From: Octopus bimaculoides
Taxonomy: Eukaryota
Assembly (NCBI RefSeq): GCF_001194135.2
Contig: NC_068983.1
Coordinates: 109,929,830-109,978,202 of the forward strand
Direction of reading: 5' to 3'
DNA length: 48,373 bases
A model generated the notes under the pieces. The model worked only from the letters and a program-made list of their open reading frames with translations. It did no database searches and was not told the origin of the DNA. Both the position numbers and the translations under genes were made by a program. Shown piece by piece: positions 36,001 to 45,745 of the stretch. Each line of letters starts with the position of its first letter. Position 1 is the first letter of the stretch.

Positions 36001-39000
36001 AATAGTATGGTTGAGATATTGAATTACCTGCTTATAGTTTACGAGTTCAAATTTATTGGAGCATTTCATTGGTTTTCCTTAAAGACTTGTATACATAACT
36101 CACGAGCTTTGGGCAGGAAGTTCAATACCTAAACAATCTGCACATATATATGTATCTGCATGTACTTGTATATAGAATTTCTTTTATGTCTTGTGAATAA
36201 TATAGAATGCTGCATTTGTTTTAGTGGGTTATTAGTATGACAAAAATTAGTACTTGAATATTTAAATATGTTTTTGCAATACTTTGGTGTGGTTTAGTCA
36301 GCACTTTTTTTTTACTATGGAAAAGAACATTGATGCTGCATAAATTATTTGTAAACTGAAATATAACCGCACCATATAATAACTAAATCTTTGTAATCTG
36401 TTAATGTGAACATATATTAAATAAAATTTATAACTCTTTATGAGAAGTGGAAGCCAGCTCTTGTTCTTCTGTAGAAGACTTAATCCACCATCTGACTTAG
36501 TATCATCTACCATTGGCTAATTTAATAAATTCTTGTATGTTTCTAGCATTTGAACCAAGTCTCTAGATTGAGTCTAGATTTCTCCCATCTTCCTTCCACT
36601 CCTTCTTGAAAAGCCAAGAAAACTATGCATACTGTTCTTTCTACTCTGAACAAATCTGTAAGAAAATCAGTTAAGGAAATAGGAGTAGATATATCTATCT
36701 TTTCCAAAGATATACACATAACATGTAAAAGGATCTACCTACAAAAGTGAATTAAACTTGGCCTCAGACTTAGCTTGTAGAGGTGGGAGAGTATTTTATG
36801 TAGAATTATTATTCCTTAGTTGTTGTTTAACGTTGGTTAAGAACCTAATTTACTCTATTAGTTGAAATTTCGAAGGTTATTTTCAGTTTGTATTTATATA
36901 AGAGTATTAAACAATGAGATTATCTCTTTTCTTTTATTTTACATAAAATATTTAAATTTCAATAGTAGGTCTGTGACAGTGCTATAAAGCTAGAAATAAA
37001 ATAAAGGTGTGAAATTTTGTACTCTGTTTTGACAGGAAATTGAATGTTTCATTGTTTATCATTAAGATAACCTTTGATAAAATGTTTGAAGCCAATGAAT
37101 ATTATCCAGAAATATAGTAATGTGTTTATTTTAATCTTCATTGTTGCTTGTTATCTGGAGATCTATGGACATGCCATGTTATGTGATAAAACAAGAAACA
37201 GTGCAATATTTCAAGACCTAAATAGTTGCTTTATTTGAAAGGTTACTGGTCATGATACCAGATAATTTGTGTTACTAGATTATTATTGGAAGTAGAATCA
37301 TTGGCCAAGAAGTAAAATGTTCCATAAAATTAAGAAGTGTGGATATTTTCAGTTTATCTAGGTTAATTAGAAATTCTCTGTTATACATAGAAAATAATCG
37401 ATTAAAAACCCAAAGATCTGATAAATAAGAATAACAACATATTTCAAAGGACATTAAAAGAAACATAAACACTTCAAATAAGTGATAACCTGATCAGTCA
37501 TAATGGTATTCTTGATTATATTCTTCTCTCCAATATTACTGATAAAATTAATATCTCTAATAAGATTTTAAGAGTGTAATTAAACATGTCTATTAAGTTA
37601 AAATATATATATTTTAAATCTTGGATACGTCCTTGTTTTTAGTATACTTGCCTCTTTCTATTTCTTTTTAGGAGTTGATCACATAACCATTCTTTAACTC
37701 TTGAATTTTCTTTTTTGCTTAATGTATTTATGGGTTTATTTATAATACTGTTGCACAGCATTTCATCTCATTAAAATTTAGTATTAACAATTTGAATATA
37801 AGTTATCTTTCATGCAATTGTATATCTAATTTAGATAGAGACTGTTATCTATTTCTATGATCAAAATATATGTTTGATCTTCAGTTTACATATTGTTGTT
37901 TATTTCGTGAATAGTATGGGCTATCTTTAAAATAGCTTATTTTGCTGATGGTGTTTTAATTGAATGATATTGATATTGAACTGTTATTGTTCCTTACTTT
38001 ATGTTATTACACATTTTAAAATCATTTAAATTTATTTCAGTTTGTAAACTTAAGTAATTAAAATATGATGTATGTGATTTTTAATTAGTAATTTTATTAG
38101 CATTAACTTTATTTTTAGGGTTCAATTTGTTTATCATTGTTACATTTTATTTATTGTTTTTTATTATTTCTTGCTATAATCAGGGTGTGTGTAATTTTTG
38201 TTGTTATATGAATAAAAAATATATAATAATTTTTATAGTTAAAACGAAACATCAGATCACATACCATAAAAGTAATTGTGAATCTGAAATTATAATCGAA
38301 GACTATAATAACATTTTCTATAAGTACAGATTTTAATTGTATTTTTTGTTTTCCTTTTCACAGATTCTTAAGACAATGTTTGTACCAAAAATGATAATTA
38401 GCTTATTAATGGTACTTTTTATATACCTGACATCTGCATTTAGTGAGAAACTCTTTCGCAGAGAGTCCTTTCAAGCACTTGGATACTACACAGATATTGT
38501 GAGTTTTTTTGCGTTATTTTTATAAACGTTTTTTTTTACATTGATAACACAAGTTGATACTGTCTTTTCTTCTGAATTTATTTCAATTATAATTTGTTTT
38601 TATTCTATTTATAGATAGCATTACTTTTATCATTAGCAGTGTTTGTTTCCGCAAGCTTAATCTTCGATTTTGTCTATTTTGCATCTAAATTTATTGCCTT
38701 ATAATGATATCAAACTTTAAATTTATATTTGGCAATTTTATATTGATATGATTGATAAAAGGATCGATTTAAAAGTGAGAAAATGTTTAAGAATATGAGT
38801 TCAATAAAATTTTACTCTTTTGATGGCGTTTTTATTCTTGACATTTACTGAAGACATTTTAGTTAAGTTATCAGTTGTTGAGAGCATGTTTTTCTGTTTC
38901 ATAGATGAATGATTTAACTACTGGTACACTGACACAAAATTCATGTGTTTGAATTCCAACCACCACTGTTATGCCATTAGGCAAACTGCAGTATTGAGTA

Positions 39001-42000
39001 CAGGTTCTCTTTTCTAAATTATATACAACACCATGACTGTATATGCAACATAAGAAAAATATTTTTGCTGTGAGACCATTTTTGTGGAAATATCAGATTA
39101 TTTGCTTACCTATTTCTTCAGTGCTAGTTTTTAGTCCAGATGTGAAATTTACTAAATTTAGTGAAGGAGGAATGCATTATAATAGATTACTAAAGCAAAA
39201 CTAGTTATGTCTTAAGCACAACGTTCAGATGCCTGTAATGGAAGCTAAGGTGTAAGGTTGCTATAAATCCAATATTCTAAATGTTTTTCTAGCTTGCTTT
39301 CTTAGTATCCATTGGAAGTTAGATTTCTTTTTATTAATTTTATATTATTTGAAAATTTCAATTTTTTTTTATCTATCCATCTATCTGTGTTTCTGTCCAT
39401 AGGTCTGTATACACACACATATATATATATATATTTCCTTATGATGAGAGACTCTAACAAATTGATCATATTTATTTTTGTTCATCAAAAATATATTCTA
39501 TATACTCTGGTATTTTTTAAATTTTTAAAAGAATTTTCAATAATTGGTGTTCTATCTCTATACTTTAAAAACACAATAATTACTACTCATTTTTAATTAT
39601 GGTTACAGTTCAGTGACTGAAACAAAAAAAGAAACAAAGAATATTTAATTTTAACTACTGCTTTTCTATTGACTTTTTAGACTAGTCTTTTGGAGCTGAG
39701 TCGAGCTGACATCAACAGCCGTATCCGTATGCATGCAACTCAAATCAACGCCATGGAATATCCAATGTTAGAAGCCTGGATGAATTCTTACTTAAAGAGA
39801 CATCTTTATTTGCATGATGTGTATCAGAATTCTGTTCGAAAACTCTCCAAGACACATAGCATTACTTATTGTGAATACTTACAGAGGTATTTACCTGATG
39901 CCAAGTGTACTGTTAGAGATTTATCAGATTTCAAAGTTGAAGTGAAAGGGTGTAAGTTTCCACCTATTGAACCAAAAACATACCAGAAGTAAGCTCTTTA
40001 TTTTTCAGAAACCATTTATAAAATGTCCATGATAATGAGTATTTTTCCTTTTTTTTTTTTTTTTTTTTTTTTTAATTGGCATGATTTTCATGGTTCTAGT
40101 TTATGCAGTTTCTTTATATCATTTTATTAATTCATTAATTTTACTTCAACTATTTCTTTCAAGAATTTACTTTAGTCATTTATTTTCTGTTGAAATTTAT
40201 TAATATACCTTAAATCCTTGTAGTGTTTTATATAAATCTTTCATTTCTCTTAAAAATGAGAGATTTTGATGAAATGTTAATACAGTGAAAAAAATCACAA
40301 AAGCATAGCTATTGTATGGATTTGAATCAAATTTAGTGATAGGATGTAATGATTGTTGATATGCATTGTGAATGTGGTTGTTAGTTATTGTTGGTTTTTA
40401 CCTGTTGTCATATCACTTTCACTTGATCAAGTAGGTTGAATATAGGTAAGTTGACTTTCCATGTTTTCACATACATATGCAAAGATATCGATCCCTGGGC
40501 ATCCATTTCCTGTCTCAGCTGAATTTGTACTCTGGCAGTTTTTGTAATTTGGAAGCTGCACTACAACCATTTGTAAAAGGCATTCTGTCATATACCTTTA
40601 TCTCCTCCATTCAAAGATTTATACAGCAGCATGCAAAGACCTTTCATTTAAAATATATCAGTAATTTTTTCTTCTAATCTTTGCCATTCATTAACAAAAG
40701 CATTGATCTAATGATCAATATGCAATCACTCCATTCTTTCTCAGAATCAATAAATCAATATCAATTCCACACAGGCGTCCACAGATGACAATGAAATATC
40801 ATGTTGATTACTATCTCTAAGTTCAACCTCTGTTTCTTTATTTAAGTCATTAACAAATAAAATTGTTAAATTCTTACTCAATTGAAATGTTATCTACCTA
40901 GATGTTCAAACACTAAAAAATGAGAAAGAAAAAAAAACAGAAGTTTTTTGACAGGAAGTTCTTTATTAATTGAAGCTACGTGTTTCTCACACAGAAGAAT
41001 GTTTAGTTTCTGTTTTTCAGTCTCAAGCATTACCATTTGAATTGTCATTGCATGCAGTTCTGTACTCATCAGCAGTAGCAGTTACTTGTAATACAAGATT
41101 TCAAGTTTAGTATCTTAGATGTCAAAGTAAAATGCTCTATAACCAATACATTTTTCTCCAGTCTTTTTTAATTGAGCCCACCAGGTTACAATTTATCTAT
41201 TAAACATTTCAGAGAAATCCAAATTTCATTCTAGACTGAAGGACTACTGTACACAGAGATGTGGGTTGTGGTACAGATTTGGTCTCTATTGTGCACAGAG
41301 TATAACATTTATGTATCCAATTTGTTAAGTGATGTATCTTAGTGATATATCAGTCTAAGGTGGAGGCGAAATGGCCCAGCAGTTACGGCAGCGGACTCGC
41401 GGTCATAGGATCGCGGTTTCGATCCCCAGACTGGGCATTGTGAGTGTTTATTGAGCGAAAACACCTAAAAAGCTCCACGAGGCTCCGGCAGGGGTTGGTG
41501 GCGAACACTGCTGTACTCTTTCACCACAACTTTCTCTCACTCTTCCTTCCTGTTTCTGTTGTGCCTGTAATTCAAAGGGTCAGCCTTGTGACACTGTGTC
41601 ACGCTGAATATCCCCGAGAACTACATTAAGGGTACACGTGTCTGTGGAGTGCTTAGCCACTTGCACGTTAATTTCACGAGTAGGCTGTTCTGTTGATCGG
41701 ATCAACTGGAACCCTCGACGTCGTAAGCGACGGTGTGCCAACAATCAGTCTAAGGCATCACCTCTATGTAAAATGACATCATTGATATCTCTTTTGTTTC
41801 CAATGAACTTACGAATTGCTTTATAATTTTGATGGAAATAATGAATTCCTTCCATTTCATATTAATGATGGAATAAAGATTTATTTTTTTTAAGAGGGTT
41901 TCTTACATAATAATGTATTCATTGAAACTCTATTGCCTATTGTAAAATATGAAACATTCTATCACAGGTAACTCTGTCATACACCTCAATAATCTTAGTG

Positions 42001-42479
42001 TTTTTTGCTATGCAATTAATATATTATGCATTATAACACATTTTACATTATTTACTGATACATTTACCTTTTATTATAGAGTTGATGATCAGCATTCTCG
42101 AGTTGCTGCTCGACAGATGGATAGTTTTCTGTATGCTGTTAGAAAGATGATATCTGACAGTTGCTTCATTGTTCTTCTTTATATGTCATTTATCATTCTT
42201 TGGGATCTAACTAGCACTGTGATTTGGCTCTATGTGAAAAGGTAACTTGAATAATTTTCCTAATTCCTTTGTTATAACTACCTATTTTTATTTGTAAAAA
42301 ATTACAATTTGATTTGTCCTTAATGAAAAATTCTATTGATATTTTTATAGTTTTCTTTTTATTCATAAAATTAGATTAAATTCTACTTCTCTTTTTGCTT
42401 TGCTGTTATCAGGGCAGGATGGATCAGATTGAGAGTTATATGTGAAACAGATGAAAGACCAATGGTACGAGACAAATGA
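8997..42479 (+). CDS. Spliced gene, 17 coding exons, about 1033 aa, 5'-incomplete: uncharacterised five-TM membrane glycoprotein with a large N-terminal ectodomain
   Basis: Exons 8997-9173, 11926-12129, 12667-12863, 14027-14320, 14733-14981, 17995-18135, 21700-21747, 22417-22555, 25976-26162, 28021-28142, 30405-30619, 31010-31363, 32593-32696, 38364-38498, 39681-39988, 42080-42241, 42413-42479. All 16 introns are GT-AG with matching phases (2,2,1,1,1,1,1,2,0,2,1,1,0,0,2,2) and give one stop-free frame of 3103 nt ending in TGA. No family recognised with certainty. Confidence 0.85.
10873..11105 (+). mobile_element. Old tRNA-derived SINE, family D
   Basis: A-box-like TAGCCTAGTGG and B-box-like GGTTCAATTCC about 30 nt apart. 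Confidence 0.5.
11926..12129 (+). CDS. Exon 2 (CLKGSVLEF...DGSMNNI)
   Basis: Acceptor ttactttcAG, donor GT|GTATGT at 12130; overlaps ORF 11966-12160; phase 2-2. Confidence 0.85.
12667..12863 (+). CDS. Exon 3 (YKFLQIDISSG...VSLQNW)
   Basis: Acceptor ttttttcAG, donor G|GTAATT at 12864; within ORF 12632-12910; phase 2-1. Confidence 0.85.
13694..13912 (+). mobile_element. SINE, family C
   Basis: GAGCTGGCAGAATCATTAGCA head, central GGTTGACTTT...TCATCATTTCGGAGTTGATAA block and ATT tail; colinear with 32285-32510. Confidence 0.7.
14027..14320 (+). CDS. Exon 4 (LQNCSHDILEK...LEGSLEACP)
   Basis: Acceptor tttattacAG, strong donor G|GTAAGT at 14321; within ORF 14005-14343; phase 1-1. Confidence 0.9.
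14733..14981 (+). CDS. Exon 5 (FFSVNLTD...ITSEEEAP)
   Basis: Acceptor ccttttacAG, donor CAG|GTAATG at 14982; overlaps ORF 14744-15061; phase 1-1. Confidence 0.9.
16169..17037 (-). mobile_element. Penelope-like element, 5'-truncated: RT-thumb/linker, GIY-YIG endonuclease and 3' pseudo-LTR
   Basis: ORF 16588-17037 reads NNYP...LPYVKGLS...CSRLYKGETCRLLKIRVEEH...KSGIADH...W.EVKIID and continues past a stop into KEAA. These are PLE hallmarks. Confidence 0.9.
16253..16295 (-). ncRNA. Degenerate hammerhead ribozyme motif in the PLE pseudo-LTR
   Basis: Minus strand CTGATGA-a-GGCTG-gagggtatat-CAGCC-GAAACGT: intact core boxes and helix II, but helix I is damaged by deletions. Confidence 0.6.
17043..17575 (+). 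mobile_element. Inverted partial copy of the same Penelope-like 3' end
   Basis: 17049-17575 aligns with the reverse complement of 16223-16698, e.g. GGAGATATTGATAAATCGGGTATAGCTGATCATGTATG and GGAAAATATTAGATTTATAAGCCCTAAAA. Confidence 0.9.
17498..17543 (+). ncRNA. Degenerate hammerhead ribozyme motif, second arm
   Basis: GACAC-CAAATGA-a-GGCTG-gccggtatat-CAGCT-GAAATGT-T-GTGTT: helix I (GACAC/GTGTT) intact, core mutated. Confidence 0.5.
17594..17880 (+). mobile_element. CR1/L2-clade LINE reverse transcriptase fragment
   Basis: VDITYFDFVMAFDKADH...HKL...GKLGEWL...RSQSVATNG...VPQGALLGLLFF matches the DFxKAFD and VPQGSVLGP RT motifs. Confidence 0.85.
17995..18135 (+). CDS. Exon 6, encodes TM1 (FIPFIASICGAIIILLSVAGFGIVA)
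   Basis: Acceptor ttttttacAG, donor AAG|GTCAGT at 18136; hydrophobic run of about 25 aa followed by RQ; phase 1-1. Confidence 0.9.
20675..20885 (+). mobile_element. 3' half of SINE family A, following a (TA)n(TG)n tract
   Basis: AAGAATAAGTCCTGGGGTTGATTTGTTCGAC...GGTGCTCCAGCATGGCCACAGTCAAATGACT matches the reverse complement of 585-669. Confidence 0.75.
21700..21747 (+). CDS. Exon 7, 48 nt (DGSYCFYNYYQRFGSC), first cytoplasmic loop
   Basis: Acceptor ttttcactttaAG, consensus donor GTAAGT at 21748, open in the required phase 1-1; absent from the ORF track. Confidence 0.7.
22417..22555 (+). CDS. Exon 8, encodes TM2 (LMVSVIYFSCQIFYSTLVTLTSFMVIIYAIN)
   Basis: Acceptor ctctttttgaaaAG downstream of poly-T, donor AA|GTAAGT at 22556; phase 1-2; absent from the ORF track. 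Confidence 0.85.
23899..23940. repeat. (TG)n microsatellite
   Basis: Read directly. Confidence 0.95.
24121..24210. repeat. Tandem repeat, 31-bp unit, about 2.9 copies
   Basis: CTTCAATGTTTACTGTTTAATTGAACTTTGT-type units start at 24121, 24152 and 24183. Confidence 0.9.
25976..26162 (+). CDS. Exon 9 (DPLSFLSQYDQ...VAQGLNE), helical outer loop 1
   Basis: Acceptor cattAG, donor GAG|GTGGGT at 26163; phase 2-0; open frame of 62 codons. Confidence 0.85.
26355..26700 (+). mobile_element. Decayed LINE RT fragment (Jockey/CR1-like)
   Basis: Frame reads CAPQ*VVLSLTGFLQSINDR...IYSCTDDTT, a degenerate VPQGSVLSP...FINDL...YADD motif set. Confidence 0.6.
26710..26905 (+). mobile_element. RTE-LINE-type 3' tail fragment
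   Basis: CAGTACACTCT...TTGGTATTAG...GCATCC...CCAACCCATGCCAGCATG...TTAAATGATGATG. Confidence 0.55.
26990..27085. repeat. (CA)n(TA)n microsatellite
   Basis: Read directly. Confidence 0.95.
27140..27545 (-). mobile_element. Tc1/mariner DNA transposon, left end with N-terminal transposase relic
   Basis: Minus frame ...LQTVQRIW*ELDKSNGDYKGTAAWK...KKRTPEFVGEIQAMIDN resembles an HTH region; TIR-like CAGGATGAGATGGGTAAATTGTAGCC ends near 27544. Confidence 0.65.
27700..27935 (-). mobile_element. Possible mariner transposase C-terminal relic
   Basis: Frameshifted KKYGGRKH / FSSDEEPIAM..NIF resembles the GKRFSSDEEV motif; weak. Confidence 0.3.
28021..28142 (+). CDS. Exon 10 (LKGNLTKEAK...LERIVVY)
   Basis: Acceptor tatacttcAG, donor CAG|GTACAC at 28143; phase 0-2. 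Confidence 0.85.
28315..29320. repeat. Degenerate TG/TATG-rich low-complexity region
   Basis: Recurrent imperfect gtgt/tatg runs over about 1 kb. Confidence 0.7.
29599..29719 (+). repeat. Inverted repeat / hairpin: stem of about 48 bp, 23-nt loop (MITE-like or pre-miRNA-like)
   Basis: 29604-29648 AACATAGTCTTAAAGCAGATACTATGTGACCCTCTGGGTGAGAAT pairs with 29672-29714 ATTCTCATCCAGAGGGTCACAGTATTTGCTTTAAGACTCTGTT. Confidence 0.9.
30405..30619 (+). CDS. Exon 11 (DRLKNYVRII...EPNISNLAL)
   Basis: Acceptor aaatAG, donor T|GTAAGT at 30620; within ORF 30346-30636; phase 2-1. Confidence 0.85.
31010..31363 (+). CDS. Exon 12, Pro/Thr/Asn-rich stalk and TM3 (QLFYTFVGIMVIIDAMWFL)
   Basis: Acceptor atttttcAG, donor AAG|GTATGT at 31364; overlaps ORF 31033-31371; phase 1-1. 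Confidence 0.9.
32285..32510 (+). mobile_element. SINE, family C, inserted in an (ATT)n tract
   Basis: GGCGGCGAGCTGGCAGAATTGTTAGCA head and GGTTGACTTTGCCTCATCCTTTTGGGGTTAATAAAATAAGTACCAG core; colinear with 13694-13912. Confidence 0.75.
32593..32696 (+). CDS. Exon 13 (DRGLPSLDNAHRKPSSCCKSAKKRCCHSVSKFFSK), second cytoplasmic loop
   Basis: Acceptor tttcaaaatAG, donor AAG|GTAAAG at 32697; phase 1-0. An alternative phase-0 donor GTAAGC lies at 32676. Confidence 0.75.
32880..33252 (-). mobile_element. SINE with family A head and RTE-type tail
   Basis: 33110-33252 is the reverse complement of the family A head; 32900-32960 contains the reverse complement of the GTTGGC..AGGAAGGG.ATC RTE tail motif. 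Confidence 0.6.
34103..34250 (+). mobile_element. Highly diverged tRNA-derived SINE
   Basis: A-box-like TAGTGTGGT and B-box-like GGAGGTTCAATTCTT; resembles 10873-11105. Confidence 0.35.
34300..34720 (-). mobile_element. Decayed LINE apurinic endonuclease fragment
   Basis: Minus-strand translation gives LDAHYNIW (cf. GDFNAH..W) and PNLLDIV..FNPS (cf. PNxLDLxLT); strong purine skew. Confidence 0.45.
38364..38498 (+). CDS. Exon 14, encodes TM4 (MFVPKMIISLLMVLFIYLTSAF)
   Basis: Acceptor ccttttcacAG, donor T|GTGAGT at 38499; within ORF 38337-38525; phase 0-0. Confidence 0.88.
39681..39988 (+). CDS. Exon 15, outer loop 2 (TSLLELSRAD...CEYLQRYLPDAKC...GCKFPPIEPKTYQ)
   Basis: Acceptor gactttttAG, donor AA|GTAAGC at 39989; overlaps ORF 39690-39992; phase 0-2. 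Confidence 0.9.
41361..41743 (+). mobile_element. Full-length tRNA-derived SINE, family B, with a 12-bp target-site duplication
   Basis: ATCAGTCTAAGG at 41349-41360 and 41744-41755; A-box TGGCCCAGCAG and B-box GGTTTCGATCCC; CpG-rich. Confidence 0.9.
42080..42241 (+). CDS. Exon 16, encodes TM5 (CFIVLLYMSFIILWDLTSTVIWLYV)
   Basis: Acceptor ttttattatAG, donor AG|GTAACT at 42242; within ORF 41949-42245; phase 2-2. Confidence 0.88.
42413..42479 (+). CDS. Terminal coding exon 17 (AGWIRLRVICETDERPMVRDK*)
   Basis: Pyrimidine-rich acceptor ctttttgctttgctgttatcAG, phase 2, stop TGA at 42477-42479. Confidence 0.8.
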
Positions 42480-42740
42480 AGTAGAAAAACTGAAGACAAT
42501 TCTAATGTTAGTAGTCTGCGTAATATTTCAAGAAATTATGGACTTTCATGTGATGAACTTTGCAGAAAAAGTGACCTCTTAACCTAAAACCAGTTTGTCA
42601 TTTAAAAAGCTGGCAGATAAAATTCAACAGGAAACATTTAAAAAAAAAAATTGAATTATTTCGTTTTACACAACCTCTTTACTGCCATCTTAAATTAAAG
42701 GCCTTTGAAACTTTTGGGCTAAAACTTCTTAAAAAGAAGG

Positions 42741-42746
42741 AATAAA
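42741..42746 (+). promoter_or_regulatory. Candidate polyadenylation signal AATAAA
   Basis: Canonical hexamer about 260 nt after the stop; weak evidence in AT-rich DNA. Confidence 0.25.
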
Positions 42747-45667
42747 AACAAGAAACAAAATCTGGAAACCATGGAAATGCTCGAAAAGTAACATCCACAA
42801 GTTATTTTGTAAAACTTGATATCTGTAAACAATGATGCTGTTCTCTAAAAAAAATGTTGAGCAAATATACTGAAGTTGAATGAAATTAATGATTAAGAAA
42901 TGACATTATGTATGATATTCAAATTATACTGATTTTTGTTGAAGTTTATATTTACTTTATAACAACCACTGAAAATATGTTTACGAGCATGGGATTTTAC
43001 ATTTCTACATAAATATATGTATGTGTGTGTGTATGTGAGTTTGTATACATGCATAAGATTTTGATATATATACACACAAATATCACTGGAAAATTAAGCT
43101 TGAATATATGATGTAAAAATGCCAACTTACCATGTATCATGCATATGAATTTATTTGTTAAATTTGTAAGATAAATGATTAAAAAGGTGAGCGTAAACAA
43201 CGAATGAAATTAAACTTTTAAACAGATAAATACAAATATTGATAATTGCTCATAAAGATTTATCAAGGCAGAAATTGTGATTGTATACAAGATTTAAGCA
43301 TCATTATTCCAAATGATTAATAAATATGTCTACTGCGATGAGAATAGATATTTTGGTTTATTAAAGTAAATTTATTTACAAAAGTGTTCAGTATCATTTG
43401 AACATTAGGGAAGTGTGTTGGCATAAGCGATAGAAAATTGGACTAGTTACTTTATGATACTATTTCAGTGCTCACTCTTCCTATTTCTAATCCTGCCAGG
43501 TTTGAAATTTTCCTATTATACCTCTATAGTCAATAAAATAACTAGTGTTCATATGTAAATCACTTTGCTCCACAAAAATGTAATTTGGCCATGAAAAAAC
43601 CTTTTGAAATTAATTAGGTGAAAATAATGTAAATTCAAATCTCAAAGTTATTGGAAGAAAGCTTTTGAAAATTATATATCACTGAAAATTTACATGCATA
43701 CATAACATTAAATACATACAAATTATTCTACATATGTAGTAAATTCACTTTTTTTTTAGTATTTTAATGTAATATGATAAATTTTCTAAACATAATAAAA
43801 TATCTATGATTGTTATTTTCATATTTTTCAGCCTATAGATTAGATAACTCTTTATAAATTTTACATGCTCATCCTGAACAGTGGATGACATTAGATAAGA
43901 ATTCCTCTTAACACCCTAGGTTAGTAAATGTAAAGATATCTGCAGGCACAGGAAATTTAACAGATACTCCTGAAAAGATTATCATTGGTAGTTTATGTGG
44001 TAAAATCTCACCTTTATGAAAATCAAATATTCTTTCTTTTTAGTCTTCATCACATTGTTTCAAGTGTCACTAAACTCTTGGTTAAATTTCTTTGAAATAA
44101 GTTAGCAGTATACTTTGATATGAAACTTGTCAGAATACTTTTTTTTTTTTCACTTATAAGACTGCTGTTTCCCACTATTATAACTTACCTTAAGATACTT
44201 CATTATACATATGTTACCATTAGAAATGTGAGATAATTAACACTATTTGCAGTCTTAATTTATTTATCAATTATTAATTAAGCAATTAAAGAAATTATTC
44301 ATTTCCCCAATACTCAAATATGTAAAATTGAGTATATGGAATTCATAATAAAGACCAATAGAATCCAATAATCTGTTGATTAATCACATTACTGTTGTTA
44401 ATTTCTCATTGCCTTTCTTTTTAAAAAGATTCAATATAGTTTTAATCAGTTTTTACTTATAACTTCTTTATTTTATATACATATATAAATGTTTTCTATG
44501 AAAAGCAATGTGATAGTTTTAGCAATAAAATTTCATTTTAAATTGTGGAATTCAAATGCAAAGAAAACTCGTCTGCAGGTTCAAATTAATTTACCTACTA
44601 CTTTTCACTTTCAGTATAACACAGTTGTTATACTGTAAGAAATATATGTTGACTCATCATTTCATTTATATATATATGTGATGAAAACCATGAAACAGCC
44701 GTATAATTTATAGTTATAAGTTTTTAGACCAAAGGTTGTGGTTTGAATCTGTGAGGTGATTCTGTGCTTTGAAACTTATTTATTTTATAACAAATTTAGA
44801 TAGTTTCAGTTGAGATTAGTATATTTGTTACAACACACACATACACACGTGCATATAGTGTCTACGGATGTAGCCTTTTCATATAAGGGAATTCTTCAAA
44901 AATGATTTAAACATAAGTTTAATAATATACCTCAGTCATGATATAGCTTAAAGATGTTTATCTCTTACTCACACATACAAAATGTATAAATATTCTATTA
45001 TTCTTTAATTAATTTTTATTTTGATGTTTAATAGAATTTTTTACTACAGTTTTTATAGACCAAATAATAGTGTCATTTGAAAATATGTTTTATTTTTAGT
45101 GTTTTACTTTCCTAATTGAACACTGTTTCATAAGCTCTCATTTGCGCATATATTGCTGAACTGTCACTTGATAGTTAAATGTTTAGAACATTCCTTTTTT
45201 CTTTTTATTTTAATCAATACTTTCACACAATAAGCATTTAATCAAACATTATTTGTAACTATCGTTATTGTCTGTTTCTATTTGTAAGTGATGGCTGCTG
45301 AAACATTATTTGACTGAAAGAGTTGTTAATTCATAATGTTNNNNNNNNNNNNNNNNNNNNNNNNNNNNNNNNNNNNNNNNNNNNNNNNNNNNNNNNNNNN
45401 NNNNNNNNNNNNNNNNNNNNNNNNNNNNNNNNNNNNNNNNNNNNNNNNNNNNNNNNNNNNNNNNNNNNNNNNNNNNNNNNNNNNNNNNNNNNNNNNNNNN
45501 NNNNNNNNNNNNNNNNNNNNNNNNNNNNNNNNNNNNNNNNNNNNNNNNNNNNNNNNNNNNNNNNNNNNNNNNNNNNNNNNNNNNNNNNNNNNNNNNNNNN
45601 NNNNNNNNNNNNNNNNNNNNNNNNNNNNNNNNNNNNNNNNNNNNNNNNNNNNNNNNNNNNNNNNNNN

Positions 45668-45706
<39 letters not shown>

Positions 45707-45745
45707 ATAAATATATATATATACACACACACACACATGCATACA
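45668..45745. repeat. (TA)n(CA)n microsatellite next to gap 45341-45667
   Basis: Read directly. Confidence 0.95.

Noticed and set aside
8997-42479. Assigning a gene symbol such as PROM1, TTYH or DCST1/2
   Set aside because: Only the topology is similar; motifs such as the DC-STAMP FDNxYIT and the C-terminal RING are absent
43832-44020. Exon-like segment with splice-like signals on both strands
   Set aside because: All frames between the plus-strand acceptor and donor contain stops; minus-strand signals are too close together
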